Source: Rebecca billardiae RCC1528
Taxonomy: Eukaryota; Protista; Haptophyta
DNA length: 64,000 bases
Reading direction: 5' to 3'
NCBI GenBank assembly: GCA_965240325.2
Contig: OZ251225.1
Location: forward strand, 3,782,001-3,846,000
Notes under the pieces: model-generated
What the model was told of the DNA's origin: nothing
The model's database searches: none
What the model saw: the letters and a program-made list of their open reading frames with translations, nothing else
Program-made: the position numbers and the translations under genes
Part shown: one piece after another, positions 43,370-53,521 of the stretch
Layout: every line of letters begins with the position of its first letter
Position numbering within the stretch: the first letter of the stretch is position 1

Positions 43370-45286
43370 CGCCGCCGCGCCGCCGCCGCTCGGCGCGGCG
43401 CAGCAGCGCGCCTTGGGCTCGGGCGAGCCGGCCGGCACGGGCGCGGCGCCGCCGCTCGGCACGCGCATCGGCTCCGACTCGACGACGCGGAGGCAGCCGC
43501 CGGTCCAGACGTACCACAGGCGGACGGTGCCGTCGAAGGAGCCCGAGGCGATGCACTCGCGCCGGTCGAGGATGCACGGCACGCCGCACATCACCCACCC
43601 GTCGTGCCCCTGCCGGATGAGCTTGTCGACCGACACGCCCGCGGACGCGGCCTGTCGCGACTGCTGCAGCCGCGCGCGCGCCGACCACTTCCCGAGCGCG
43701 ATCACAAACTGGTACGTGTGGTTGAGGTGCTCGATCACCTTGGTGGCGGGCGCGAGGTGGCGCGGCTGCAGGAAGAAGTGGTGCAGCGCGCCGTTCAGCT
43801 CGAGCCGCGCGCTCTCGAACGGGAACAGGTCCTGCACGCCGTCCTTGGCGTCGTGCAGCGCCAGCAGCAGCGTGAGCACGTCGTACGACTTGACGGTGCC
43901 GTCGAGCCGGCGGCCGATGGGGAAGTTCTCGCCGAGCGCGTCGCCGTGCAGCTGCTCGAACTCGGCGGGCGACGAGCCGCAGAACGTGAGGAAGAACCAG
44001 CGCTTGTCCCGGTTCGGCACCTCCCCGCGGCAGATCCGCTCCCACAGCCCGACCAGCCCGAGCTCGGACGCGTTCTTCAGGTAGCGCATCACCGGGTCTT
44101 GCGGGTGCTTGGCGGCGAGCCCGCGCACGAGGCGCATGGGCACGTTGGGCACGGCGACGCGCGAGACGACGCGCAGCGGCACGCGGTGCCGCACGCACCA
44201 CGAGTACACCTGCGCCGCGGCGGGCTCGTCGAACATGTTGTTCGCCGCCTGGTCGGGCCGCAGCCACGTCGGGTGCTCGTGCACCACCACGCCGCCGTCG
44301 CTCTCGAGCTCGACGCCGCCCATCACGCAGACGCTCTCGATCTTGGCGACGGCGAGGGCGGAGCGCGCGCCGACGAGCTGCGCCAGGTCCGACAGCGCCG
44401 AGATCACCACGAACGTCAGCGACTTGTTCAGCACGAGCTCGAGCGTCTCCGCCAGCAGCCGCTGGCCGTCGTGCAGCCGGCCCTCGTCCACCTTCGGGTA
44501 CCCCGGGAACGCGTACTCGTGCGCGAGCGGCTTGTGCTGCTTCGAGGTCTGGTGGCCGATGCCGACGGGCACGTCGTCCAGGTTGAAGTAGTCCAGGATC
44601 GCGCGCGCGAGCGCCGCGCGGTTCCTCGCCTCCTTGAGCCCCGAGGTCGGGTGGACGCCGCCGCCGTTGCACACGACCGCCGCGAGCACGATCCGCTCCT
44701 GCAGGTGGAGGCTGGCGGCCATGAGCAGCGCGATCACGTCGTCCGGGTCGGGGCCCGGGTCGGTGACGAGCACGATCGTCCGCGCGCGCAGGTGCTGGAA
44801 CGCCGGCGTCGCCGCCGCGATCCGCGCCTGGCCGCGCGTCATGCCGATGCTGATCTCACGGCGCAGCCGCTTGAAGCACATGCGCGAGCCCTTCACGGGG
44901 CGCTTGGAGAGCTCGCGCCGGTTGTGCTGCACGTTCTGCAGGTCGGCCTGCTGCGACGCCGTCGGCCCGCGCCCCGCCGCGCGCGACCGATCCGACGGGT
45001 CGGCCGCCGCGCCGCCGCGCCCGCCGCGCGGCGCGTTCTGCCAGCCGCCGAGCGGCGCGTGCTGGTGCGGCCGCCGGCCGCGCGAGGAGGACGAGGACGC
45101 GGCGGCGGCGTTGGGGGCGACGCCGGTGAAGCCTCGGCCCGGCCCACGACCGCTGCCCCGCCCGCCGCCCGCCCAGCCACCCCTTCCCCCTTGGCTGTTC
45201 ATCCCGGGGGCGGGCACCGACTCCACGCCCGCCTTGCTGGTGGGCTTGGCCTGCAGCTGCGCCGCCGCGAGGATGCGCTTGCTCAT
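39786..45286 (-). CDS. Large fusion protein: nucleoside-hydrolase-like domain + WD40 repeats + multi-pass TM region + low-complexity tail; 2 introns
   Basis: IVLVTDPGPDPDDVIALL, VISALSDLA, VCVMGG, AANNMFDEPAA, YDVLTLL; WD40 GHDGWV..ASGSFDGTVRLW, GHSKWVRS..SCSNDGTVCKW, SAGNDRTLRRW, GHTNKL..SGSNDGFIMQW; introns 42250-42400 and 42030-42171 join this to a TM-rich exon. Confidence 0.8.
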
Positions 45287-45370
45287 AGGCCGAAAAGGGG
45301 CTCGCGCTCGTACTTACTTTAATATTCGATCGAGCAGCGGTCGTAATGGCTATGATAAAAGGCGTTACTT

Positions 45371-45506
45371 TTTTTAAATTCCCCTTTATAACGGGCTCCG
45401 GGTGATCAGACTGGCGGCCGAAGCCTCCAGCCCTACCCTGGCCAGCCCCCAACCAACCACCACCCTCACCCAACCTCAAACCACTGACCGATACACCGAG
45501 TGCCTT
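45371..45506 (-). repeat. 136-bp dispersed repeat, copy 2, inside a divergent intergenic region
   Basis: Identical to 25071-25206; T-run two bases longer. Confidence 0.9.
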
Positions 45507-45636
45507 TCAATGAAACCAGCGCTGCTGATGAAACGACGCGCGCGCCGCGCGCGGCCGAAATCCTGCTCCGCCGTCCCGCGGGCGGCCCGGCGCAAAAATC
45601 CGGAGCAGGACCAGCGCCGAGAGGAGACCTAAAAGA

Positions 45637-46770
45637 ATGGCGGCGTTCGCGCGCGCGCTCGCGGTTCTGGGCTTGCCCGATGATGGCTCCGTGACGGAGG
45701 CGGCGGCGAAGAGCGCCTTCAAGCGCCTTGCGCTGCGCCACCACCCCGACAAGAACCACGGCTCCGCCGAGGCGCACGACGCGTTCAAGCGCGTCAGCGA
45801 GGCGTACCGCACCGTGTGCCTCGCGCTGCGCGAGCGCGAGGGCGCGGACGAGCTGCTCGCCGACCCGCTCGCCGAGCTCTTCGGGGAGGGCTGGGCGCGC
45901 AAGTTCGCAGAGGGCTCTGTCGACCCATCCGCCGTGCTCGACGACGCGCGCGCCCGCGCGGCAGCCGAGCTGGGCCTCCCGGCGGACGAGGGCAGCGCCG
46001 GCCCCGACCTCCTGCTGGCGGAGGGCGGCGCCAACCCGTTCGCCGAATTCTTCGACGCTCTGCCGCCGGAGGAGCGCGGGCCGATGATGGCGCTGTTCGA
46101 GCAGACGTTCCCCGCGTTCCTCGCCGCCGAGCTCGAGGAGCAGCAGCTCAGCGCCGAGAACGCGTCCTTCGCGGCGGAGGCGTTGGGGGCGGGCGGCGCG
46201 CCGCCCCCGCCGGCCGAGCGCGCGCCCGAGGAGGCGCGAGCGCGCGCGCAGGCGAGGAACGACCAGGCGGTGGAGGCGTTCGCGAGCGGCCGTCTGGATG
46301 CGGCGATCGAGCACCTGGGCGCGGCCATCGCCATCGACGCGCGCAACCCGTCCTTCTACGGCAACCGCTCCCTCGCGCACGAGCGGCGCGGCGACCTCGA
46401 CGCCGCGCTCGCGGACGCGCAGAGCTGCGTCGCACTCGACCCGTCGTACGCGCTCGGCCACGCGCGGCTCGGCGCGGCACTCGGCGCGCTCGGGCAGTTC
46501 GCGCGCGCGCAGGCGGCGTATGAGCGCGGGCTGCTCGTCGACCCCGAGTGCGAGCCTTGCGTCGACGGCGCCCGCGAGGCCGCGCGGCGCGCAGCCGAGC
46601 ACAAGCTGCGCATCATCCGCGCGGGGCAGCAGCGCGTGCCCTCGCTCGGACCTTCGCGCGCCGGGCCCGGCGGCGCCGACGAGCACCGCGACGCGGAAGA
46701 GGCGCTTCCGCGCCTGCTCGCAGCGCAAGCGACGCTGTCGCCGTCAGTCGCCACCGACGGCCGCGGCTGA
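45637..46770 (+). CDS. J-domain (DnaJ) + TPR co-chaperone
   Basis: KSAFKRLALRHHPDKN..FKRVSEAY; TPR AIAIDARNPSFYGNRSLA..ALADAQSCVALDPSY..RLGAAL..AYERGL. Confidence 0.9.
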   Translation: MAAFARALAVLGLPDDGSVTEAAAKSAFKRLALRHHPDKNHGSAEAHDAFKRVSEAYRTVCLALREREGADELLADPLAELFGEGWARKFAEGSVDPSAVLDDARARAAAELGLPADEGSAGPDLLLAEGGANPFAEFFDALPPEERGPMMALFEQTFPAFLAAELEEQQLSAENASFAAEALGAGGAPPPPAERAPEEARARAQARNDQAVEAFASGRLDAAIEHLGAAIAIDARNPSFYGNRSLAHERRGDLDAALADAQSCVALDPSYALGHARLGAALGALGQFARAQAAYERGLLVDPECEPCVDGAREAARRAAEHKLRIIRAGQQRVPSLGPSRAGPGGADEHRDAEEALPRLLAAQATLSPSVATDGRG

Positions 46771-47130
46771 TGTTCCCGGACTTCTTCGTGAGTTGTCTTC
46801 TGTGAGTTGTCTGACTCCGCCTCGGAGGACAGATCGGGCCGAGGGGCCTGCAGGGCCAGCGAGCCGCGCCGACGGCCGAAGCACTCTGCCACTCAAGCAG
46901 CCACGCGCCGCTCACTACTATTGTCAGTACGTTGACTCACTCCGGCACGACCATGCGCGTAACTAGTATGTGGCAGTAAGTTGTCATCCGAGGTATCTGC
47001 CGCCTCGCAGCCTGGGCGCGTCCAGCAGTGGCCGAACGGCGCGGCGACCGTTATTATTATTTCCGATACGCGGGTCCCCCGGGCCCGGGAGCCCCGGGGC
47101 CGCCGGCCATCCGCGTATATATCGGCGGGC

Positions 47131-50100
47131 TCAGGACGATGCGGAGGACGCGGCCGAGGACCCAGCGACCGTCGTCGGCGTCGCGCCGCCGGCGTGATGC
47201 GCGCGCGCGGCGGCGGCGGCGGCGGTGCGATGCTTGAGCGGCGGCGCGCGCTGGTCGGCGTCGCTGGGGGCGAGGGGCCGCGCCTCGTGCGGCCCGGTGT
47301 AGCGCTGCGCGGGCGAGCCCGCCCACGTCTCGCCTGGCCCGACGGTCTCGCCCTTGAGCACGGTCGCGAGCTCGAGCAGCGTGCCCTCCGCCTCGACGCG
47401 CGCGCCGGGCAGCGCGCCCGCCTGCGTGCGCACGCTCGCGCGATCGCCCACGTGCACCTTGCGTATGCGCAGCACGAGGTGCTCGACCGTGTGCGCGCCC
47501 AAGTCTGAGAAGGTGACGGCGGCGCGCTCGCCCACCTCGAGCATGTCCCAGTCCGCGCTCCACAGCTCGAAGAGGCACGCGTCCCGCCCCACGCGCGCGC
47601 CGAGCGCGCGGTACAGCACGTTGCAGTACGCGCTGCCGGAGAACATGTGCAGCGCCTCCACCATGTTGCGGTTGAGCAGCAGCATCAGCACCCAGCGCGC
47701 GTGGAAGGCGCTGTAGAACGGGAAGTCGCCCTCCGCCATCCGGCCGATGATCGCCCACTTGAGGCCGATGTGCAGCGCGATGTGCGCGCACAGCGTACCG
47801 GCGAGCGCGAGCGGCGTGCTCGCGATCACGACGGGCAGCGGCGCGCCCGCGCCCGCGAGCGCCAGCTCGAGGCCGACCGCGCCCGCGCCGACCGCCTCGG
47901 TGAGCGGCGCGACAAGCAGCACCGCGCTCAGCCCCCACGCCTGGAAGGCGTGCCAGCGCCATGAGGTGTGCCCGGCCCACGCAGCGCGCGCCGCCTTGGT
48001 CGCGGGGTCGCTGGGCGGGAGCGCCTCGAGCGGGCGCGACTTGGTGAGGTACACCGACTTGCCGCCCGCGTTGCCGATCCGCGTCTCGCGCGGCGCGATG
48101 GCCCCGTCGACGATGGTGGTGGTGCCGACCACGGCGCCCTCGCCCACGTCCGCGCCGCCGAGCAGCGCGCAGTTGTCTAGCACGGCGGCGCGGCGGCGCA
48201 CGGTGACGCGGCGCAGCGTGCCCGCCGCGTCCATCGGCTCGACGTGCACGTACGCGCCGAACGTGACGCTGTCCTCCACGGTGAGCAGGTCGTGCTGGTA
48301 CAGCTGCAGGTTGTCGATCTGCACGCGCCGGCCGATGGTGGCGCCCAGCAGCCGCAGCTTGCACGACAGCAGCTCGAGCGAGCCCCACGGCTCGAGCGCG
48401 TCCTGCGTGAAGCGCGAGAAGACGAGCAGCTCCATCAGCCAGTGGCGGAAGAGCTCCCACTCGCTCTGCGCCGCGGGCCCCTCGCGGAACCGCCCGACCA
48501 CGCCCCACTTCACCGCCACCACCAGCGCAAACAGCGCCTCGGAGTAGACGAACGTGAGTACCCACGTGACGGCGCCACCAAAGAGCAGCAGCCGCGCGGC
48601 CGGGGGGAGCGCGGGCGCGGCGCCGTCGAGCGCGGCCCACACGGCCTCGAGCGCGTACACGCACGGCACGAACGCCACGCCGAGGACGAGCAGCTGCAGC
48701 GGCAGCCCGAGCGCGACGCGCAGCAGCGCCTGCGGCGCGCACTGCGAGCGGAGTCGGCGCGGCGCGCCCGCCGGCCGCGGCCGCAGCACGTTGGCGCCGC
48801 CGCCCGAGGTGGACACCGCGCCCATCTCGGTGTCGGGCGGCACGCTGGTGCCGGCGGGCACGCTCGCGCCCACGCCGATCACGCTGCGCGCGCCCACCTC
48901 CACGCCGCGCAGCACGAGCAGCCCGTCCTGCACGTAGAAGCCCCCCAGCGAGACCGCGCGCCCCACGACCGCGTCCGCGCCCACGCGCAGCATGTCAGGC
49001 TCGCGCACAGACACCGCGGCGTGCAGCTCGACGCGCGGGCCGATGGTGGCGCCGAGTGCGCGGTACCACGCGGGGAGGAGCGGCGTGCCCATCAGCAGCG
49101 GCTTGAGCGACTCCGTCGCCGCCTCCTCGAACCGCCGCGCCGCCCACCAGCGCAGGTAGTACGCCCCCCACAGCGGGTACTGCCCCGGCCGCACTGCGCC
49201 CACCAGCGCCCACTTGAGCAGCAGCGCGAGCAGGGCGCCCAGGAGCACGGTCGCGAGGATGGCGGCGGGCAGCGCGGCGAAGGCGGCCGCGCGGCCGTAC
49301 CGCGCGTACACCTCGTACGCGCCGTAGTACGCCGGGTAGTACGCCACGTCCTCGAAGCACACCGACGCGAGCACCGTCGCACCCTGCACGAGCAGCGCGG
49401 CGGGCGCGCTGCTGGAGTGGCCGTGGTAGGGGCGCGGGGGAGGGCGCGGCGGCGCGCCGTGGTGCGCGGCGCGGGCTGCGGCGGCCTCGGGGTCGGCGGA
49501 CCCGCCGCCGCGCGCGCCCGCGCCCGCGCCCGCGCTCCCCCCGAGCCCCTCCTCGGGCAGCGTGCGCGCGTGCGCCGCGAGCGCCTCGATGGTCTCGTGG
49601 TTGTACACCGCCACGGTCTGCAGCTGCGCGTGCACGCGCGCGCGGAGGAGGGTGGCGACGCGGCCGGCGAGGAGCGAGTTGCCGCCGAGCGCGACGAACT
49701 CGGCGCGCACCGAGATCTCCTCCGCCGTCTCCAGCGCCTCCTGCCACACGCCGTGGATCGCGAGCTCGAGCTCGTCGCGCGGCGGCACGTGCGGCGGCGC
49801 GGCGTGCGCGGCCGCGGCCGCGCCGCCCGCGAGCGCGCCGAGCGAGAGCGTGCGCGCGCGCGGCGGCGCGGCGAGCGCGGCGCCGGGCGGCGGCGGCGGC
49901 GGCAGCGCCTTCCGATCGAGCTTGCCGTTGTGCGTGAGCGGCATCGCGCGCAGCACCACCACCGCCGACGGCACCATGTACGCGGGCAGCGCGCGCGCCG
50001 CGGCCTGCCGCACGTCGTCCGCGCGCACCGCGCGGCCGCCGCCGCCGGCCGTCACGTAAGCCACCAGGCGGTGCGAGGCGGTGGAGGCGCCGACGAGGAG

Positions 50101-52539
50101 GACGGCGACCTGCGAGACGCCCGGCGCGCGCGCGCACGCCGCCTCCACCTCGCCCAGCTCGATCCGGAAGCCGCGCAGCTTCACCTGCGAGTCGCGCCGC
50201 CCGGCGAACTCGAGCTGACCGCTTGGCAGCCAGCGCGCGAGGTCGCCCGTGCGGTACAGCCGGCCGCGGCCAAACGGGTTGGGGAGGAAGGCGGCGGCGC
50301 TGAGCTCGGGGCGGCCGACGTACCCGCGCGCGACGCCCTCGCCGCAGAAGCAGATCTCGCCGAGCTCGCCCAGCGCCACGTGGCTCGGCGCGCCGCCCGG
50401 CGCCGCCCCCCAGCGCAGCAGCCGCACGGTGGTGCACTCGATCGGCCGGCCGATCAGCACGCGCAGCGGCGGAGCAGCCGCGTCGAGCGCGCGCGCGCCG
50501 AGGTCGGGGCACGCCCAGTGGGTCATGTCCGCCTCGGTCGGGCCGTACAGGTTGTGCAGCCGCGGCGCGCTCGGGAAGACGCCCGCCGCGCAGTACCGCG
50601 CCACCAGCTCGCCCGGCACGCCCTCGCCCGCCAGCAGCACCGCGCGCACGGCGCGCAGCCCGCGCTCGCGCGCCGCGCCGCGCTCGCTCGCCGCGTCGAG
50701 CAGCGCCGAGAGGTGCGACGGGACGAAGAAGGCGACGGTGATGCCCGCGGCGCGCATCAGCGCGAGCAGCTCGTCCGCGCGCCTGTGCACCTCCGGCGGC
50801 GCCACCTGCAGCACCGCGCCGTGCGTGGGCGCCCAGAACAGCTCCCACTCGCTCACGCCAAACACGTACGGCGTCTTGTGCAGCACGCGGTCGGAGGCGC
50901 GCAGGGCGAAGGCGCGCTGCAGCCAGCGCGTGCGGCCGACGAGGCCGCGGTGCTCGACCTGCGTGCCCTTGGGGCGGCCGGTCGTGCCCGACGTGAAGAA
51001 GACGTACACCAGGTCGGACGCGCGCGCCGGCCCGCGCTCGCCCGCGCGCAGCGGCGGCGCGGCGCGCGCGGCGGCGGCCGCGGCCGCGGCCGCGGCCTCC
51101 GCCTCGGCCGCGGCGCGCGCCGCCGCGCCGCGGCCGCCCGGCCACGCGGGCGCACGCCGCGGCTTCGCGCCGCGCTGCGGCACCTCGCCCTCCGCGCCGC
51201 CGCCGCCGCCGCCCTCCGCGCGCGCGCCTCCGCCGGGCGGCAGCAGCTCCTCCAGCGTGAGCACCACGCCGCCCCAGCCGGGCGGCACCAGCTGCGCCGT
51301 GCTGGCCTGCGCGAGCAGCGTGCGCGCGCGCGTGTCGTCGAGGATCATGCGCATGCGCTCGGCGGGGTACTCCGCGTCGATGGGCACGTACGCGCCGCCC
51401 GCGCGCAGCACGCCGTAGATCGCCGCGACCGTCTCCGCCGAGCGGCGCAGCAGCAGCGCGACGAGCCCGCCGCGGCCGACGCCCGCCGCGGCCAGCGCGC
51501 CGCCCACGCGCGCGCTCGCGGCGTCCAGCTGAGCGTACGTGTACGCGCGCGTCTCCGAGCGCACGGCGAGCGCCGCCGGCGTGCGCGCCGCCTGGCGCAG
51601 CATCATCCCGTGGATGGTCGCCCCCGCCTCCGACTCGGCCTCCGCCTCCGCCCCCGCCTCCGCCCCCGCCGCCTCGGAGGCTGCAGGGCGCTCGGCGGCG
51701 GCCGGCTCGGCAGCGCCCGCGCCGCGCCCTCCGCCGCCGGCGCCGAGCAGGCCGGTCGCGCCGAGCAGGCCGCGCACACCCGGCAGCCACGAGCGCGCCT
51801 CCCCGCTCGGCCACGCGCGCGCCACCAGCTCGAGCTCCGCCTCGGACGACAGCCGCACCTCGCGCGCGCGCGCGCGCGCGTCGCTCGCGCACGCGAGCAG
51901 CAGCGCGCGCGCGTGCGCGAGCACGATGGCGGCCGAGCGCTCGTCGTGGTGCTCGCGGCTGAAGACGAGCGTGATGCGCGCACCCGACGGAAATGCCTCG
52001 CGGTACTCGCTCAGCGCGAGCGCGAGCTCGAGGCACGAGTGCGGCCGCTCGGCGGAGGGCGCGGGGCCGAGCCGGTGCGCGCACTCCGCGTCGAGCGCGC
52101 GACCCGAGAGCGTCGCCGCGCCGCGCTGCGCAGCGCGCGCGCCGAGGCAGGCGAGCTGGACCGCGTGCACGCCCACGCTCGCGCCGCTCGGGTGGCCCGC
52201 GCTCGACGCGGCGAGGAGGCCGCCGAGGGTCGTGTCGTCGTCGACGGCCAGCGCCACACGCTGCACCGTCGTGACGTCGGGCGCGCTCGCACGGCCGACA
52301 AAGACCTCGTCCTCGCCCGCGTACCGCGCGCCAAGCGCGCCGAGCGATGCGACGAGTGCGTCGAGCGGGGGAGCGTTCTGGGCAGCGCACGCGCCGAGGA
52401 GCGCCGCGTGCTGCACCGCGTCGAGGTCGACGCCCACCGCGCCGAACGCGCGCGCCGTGGGCTTGCGCGAGCGGACGTGGGCCGCGACGTGCGGCAGGTC
52501 GATGAGCGCGGTCTCCTCGTCGGCAGCGCCACTCGTCAT
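47131..52539 (-). CDS. Pls/PosA-type membrane-bound NRPS-like synthetase (partial C - A - PCP - three TM/hexapeptide-repeat domains), intronless
   Basis: A cores TYAQL, LRAGGAYVPID, YVFFTSGTTGRPKG, NLYGPTE, GEICFCGEGVARGY, YRTGDL, GRRDSQVKLRGFRIELGEVE, LPAYMVP, NGKLDR; PCP FVALGGNSLL; three repeats KW..G..(P/E)G..W / LGA.(I/V)G followed by hexapeptide runs; terminal WAGSPA. Confidence 0.92.
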   Translation of the reverse strand: MTSGAADEETALIDLPHVAAHVRSRKPTARAFGAVGVDLDAVQHAALLGACAAQNAPPLDALVASLGALGARYAGEDEVFVGRASAPDVTTVQRVALAVDDDTTLGGLLAASSAGHPSGASVGVHAVQLACLGARAAQRGAATLSGRALDAECAHRLGPAPSAERPHSCLELALALSEYREAFPSGARITLVFSREHHDERSAAIVLAHARALLLACASDARARAREVRLSSEAELELVARAWPSGEARSWLPGVRGLLGATGLLGAGGGGRGAGAAEPAAAERPAASEAAGAEAGAEAEAESEAGATIHGMMLRQAARTPAALAVRSETRAYTYAQLDAASARVGGALAAAGVGRGGLVALLLRRSAETVAAIYGVLRAGGAYVPIDAEYPAERMRMILDDTRARTLLAQASTAQLVPPGWGGVVLTLEELLPPGGGARAEGGGGGGAEGEVPQRGAKPRRAPAWPGGRGAAARAAAEAEAAAAAAAAAARAAPPLRAGERGPARASDLVYVFFTSGTTGRPKGTQVEHRGLVGRTRWLQRAFALRASDRVLHKTPYVFGVSEWELFWAPTHGAVLQVAPPEVHRRADELLALMRAAGITVAFFVPSHLSALLDAASERGAARERGLRAVRAVLLAGEGVPGELVARYCAAGVFPSAPRLHNLYGPTEADMTHWACPDLGARALDAAAPPLRVLIGRPIECTTVRLLRWGAAPGGAPSHVALGELGEICFCGEGVARGYVGRPELSAAAFLPNPFGRGRLYRTGDLARWLPSGQLEFAGRRDSQVKLRGFRIELGEVEAACARAPGVSQVAVLLVGASTASHRLVAYVTAGGGGRAVRADDVRQAAARALPAYMVPSAVVVLRAMPLTHNGKLDRKALPPPPPPGAALAAPPRARTLSLGALAGGAAAAAHAAPPHVPPRDELELAIHGVWQEALETAEEISVRAEFVALGGNSLLAGRVATLLRARVHAQLQTVAVYNHETIEALAAHARTLPEEGLGGSAGAGAGARGGGSADPEAAAARAAHHGAPPRPPPRPYHGHSSSAPAALLVQGATVLASVCFEDVAYYPAYYGAYEVYARYGRAAAFAALPAAILATVLLGALLALLLKWALVGAVRPGQYPLWGAYYLRWWAARRFEEAATESLKPLLMGTPLLPAWYRALGATIGPRVELHAAVSVREPDMLRVGADAVVGRAVSLGGFYVQDGLLVLRGVEVGARSVIGVGASVPAGTSVPPDTEMGAVSTSGGGANVLRPRPAGAPRRLRSQCAPQALLRVALGLPLQLLVLGVAFVPCVYALEAVWAALDGAAPALPPAARLLLFGGAVTWVLTFVYSEALFALVVAVKWGVVGRFREGPAAQSEWELFRHWLMELLVFSRFTQDALEPWGSLELLSCKLRLLGATIGRRVQIDNLQLYQHDLLTVEDSVTFGAYVHVEPMDAAGTLRRVTVRRRAAVLDNCALLGGADVGEGAVVGTTTIVDGAIAPRETRIGNAGGKSVYLTKSRPLEALPPSDPATKAARAAWAGHTSWRWHAFQAWGLSAVLLVAPLTEAVGAGAVGLELALAGAGAPLPVVIASTPLALAGTLCAHIALHIGLKWAIIGRMAEGDFPFYSAFHARWVLMLLLNRNMVEALHMFSGSAYCNVLYRALGARVGRDACLFELWSADWDMLEVGERAAVTFSDLGAHTVEHLVLRIRKVHVGDRASVRTQAGALPGARVEAEGTLLELATVLKGETVGPGETWAGSPAQRYTGPHEARPLAPSDADQRAPPLKHRTAAAAAARAHHAGGATPTTVAGSSAASSASS

Positions 52540-53521
52540 GCCCGCGCCACTCCTTTCGTCACTCCTTTCTCGGCGTTCGCGAGCCGGTGGCTCGGTGGCG
52601 ACGCAGGCGGGCGGTCGCCGTGGAAGCGAAGCGAGCGCGCGGTCGGTAAACTGGGAGGGGGCTTGTGCTCACGACCACGACGCGAAAGCGGACGGATTAT
52701 CATATAAAAGATGAGTGCCAATAATCATGATGATGAGCGGATGATGAGCCCGAACCGGCAGATTAATCAATCAGATACTACTACGACTACTATGGATAAG
52801 TAGATAATCTGCTCGCGGTTTCCCCCCAATAGTAGTATTAATTAGACCGCGATAGATAGCCCTAAAAATGAGCCTGTCATCACGTCGTTGGTCGTTGCTC
52901 GGCCGACCCTGAACATGGAACCCAACCGGCTGTCATTAGCGGTGGGGAACAACGCCACTCCAGCAGTCCAGCGCCGTCTCGCAAGCCTTTCCGCTCGGCC
53001 GGCCATCACTCGCGATTCGCACACGTCGCGCCGTGACAATGTGTGCAAGTCGAGAGCAATTCTGCCAGCTTGTGCCAAGACTGACAGACAAAACGCCGCC
53101 GCACGAATTGCGCACAGCTGCGGCACAGCACTGCCCGAAGGACAACGTTGTCCGTTGTCATCACATTGTCAACGAATCCGTAGTGCTGTAGTTGTTAATG
53201 TAAGTGAATTTTGACTGCATTATAATAAAACTGTTGAGGCCGTGCCGCCCGGCGGCCGCAGCACTGTGCCCGCGTGGGCACCGCGGCCGACGGGACTGGC
53301 CGCCCGCGCAGGACGGCCCTCGGCGCGGGCCGGACCACGCGGCCTGAGTAAGGCGGGCGGATGTACATATCGCGGTAACTCTCTCGGTCGTCACGGCACT
53401 AACTACCGGCCACGGGACACCGTGGACTGTCACGGTCACGACGTCAGTGTGCCTGTGTCATCATCATGCATGGCACTCGTACTAGCTCGTCCGAGCAAGG
53501 CCTTCCGGCCGTGGCGACTCG

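Noticed and set aside
52842-53214. Lower-GC patch with short ORFs upstream of the NRPS
   Set aside because: No motifs, termini or coding-like bias recognised; may be a remnant but unsupported.
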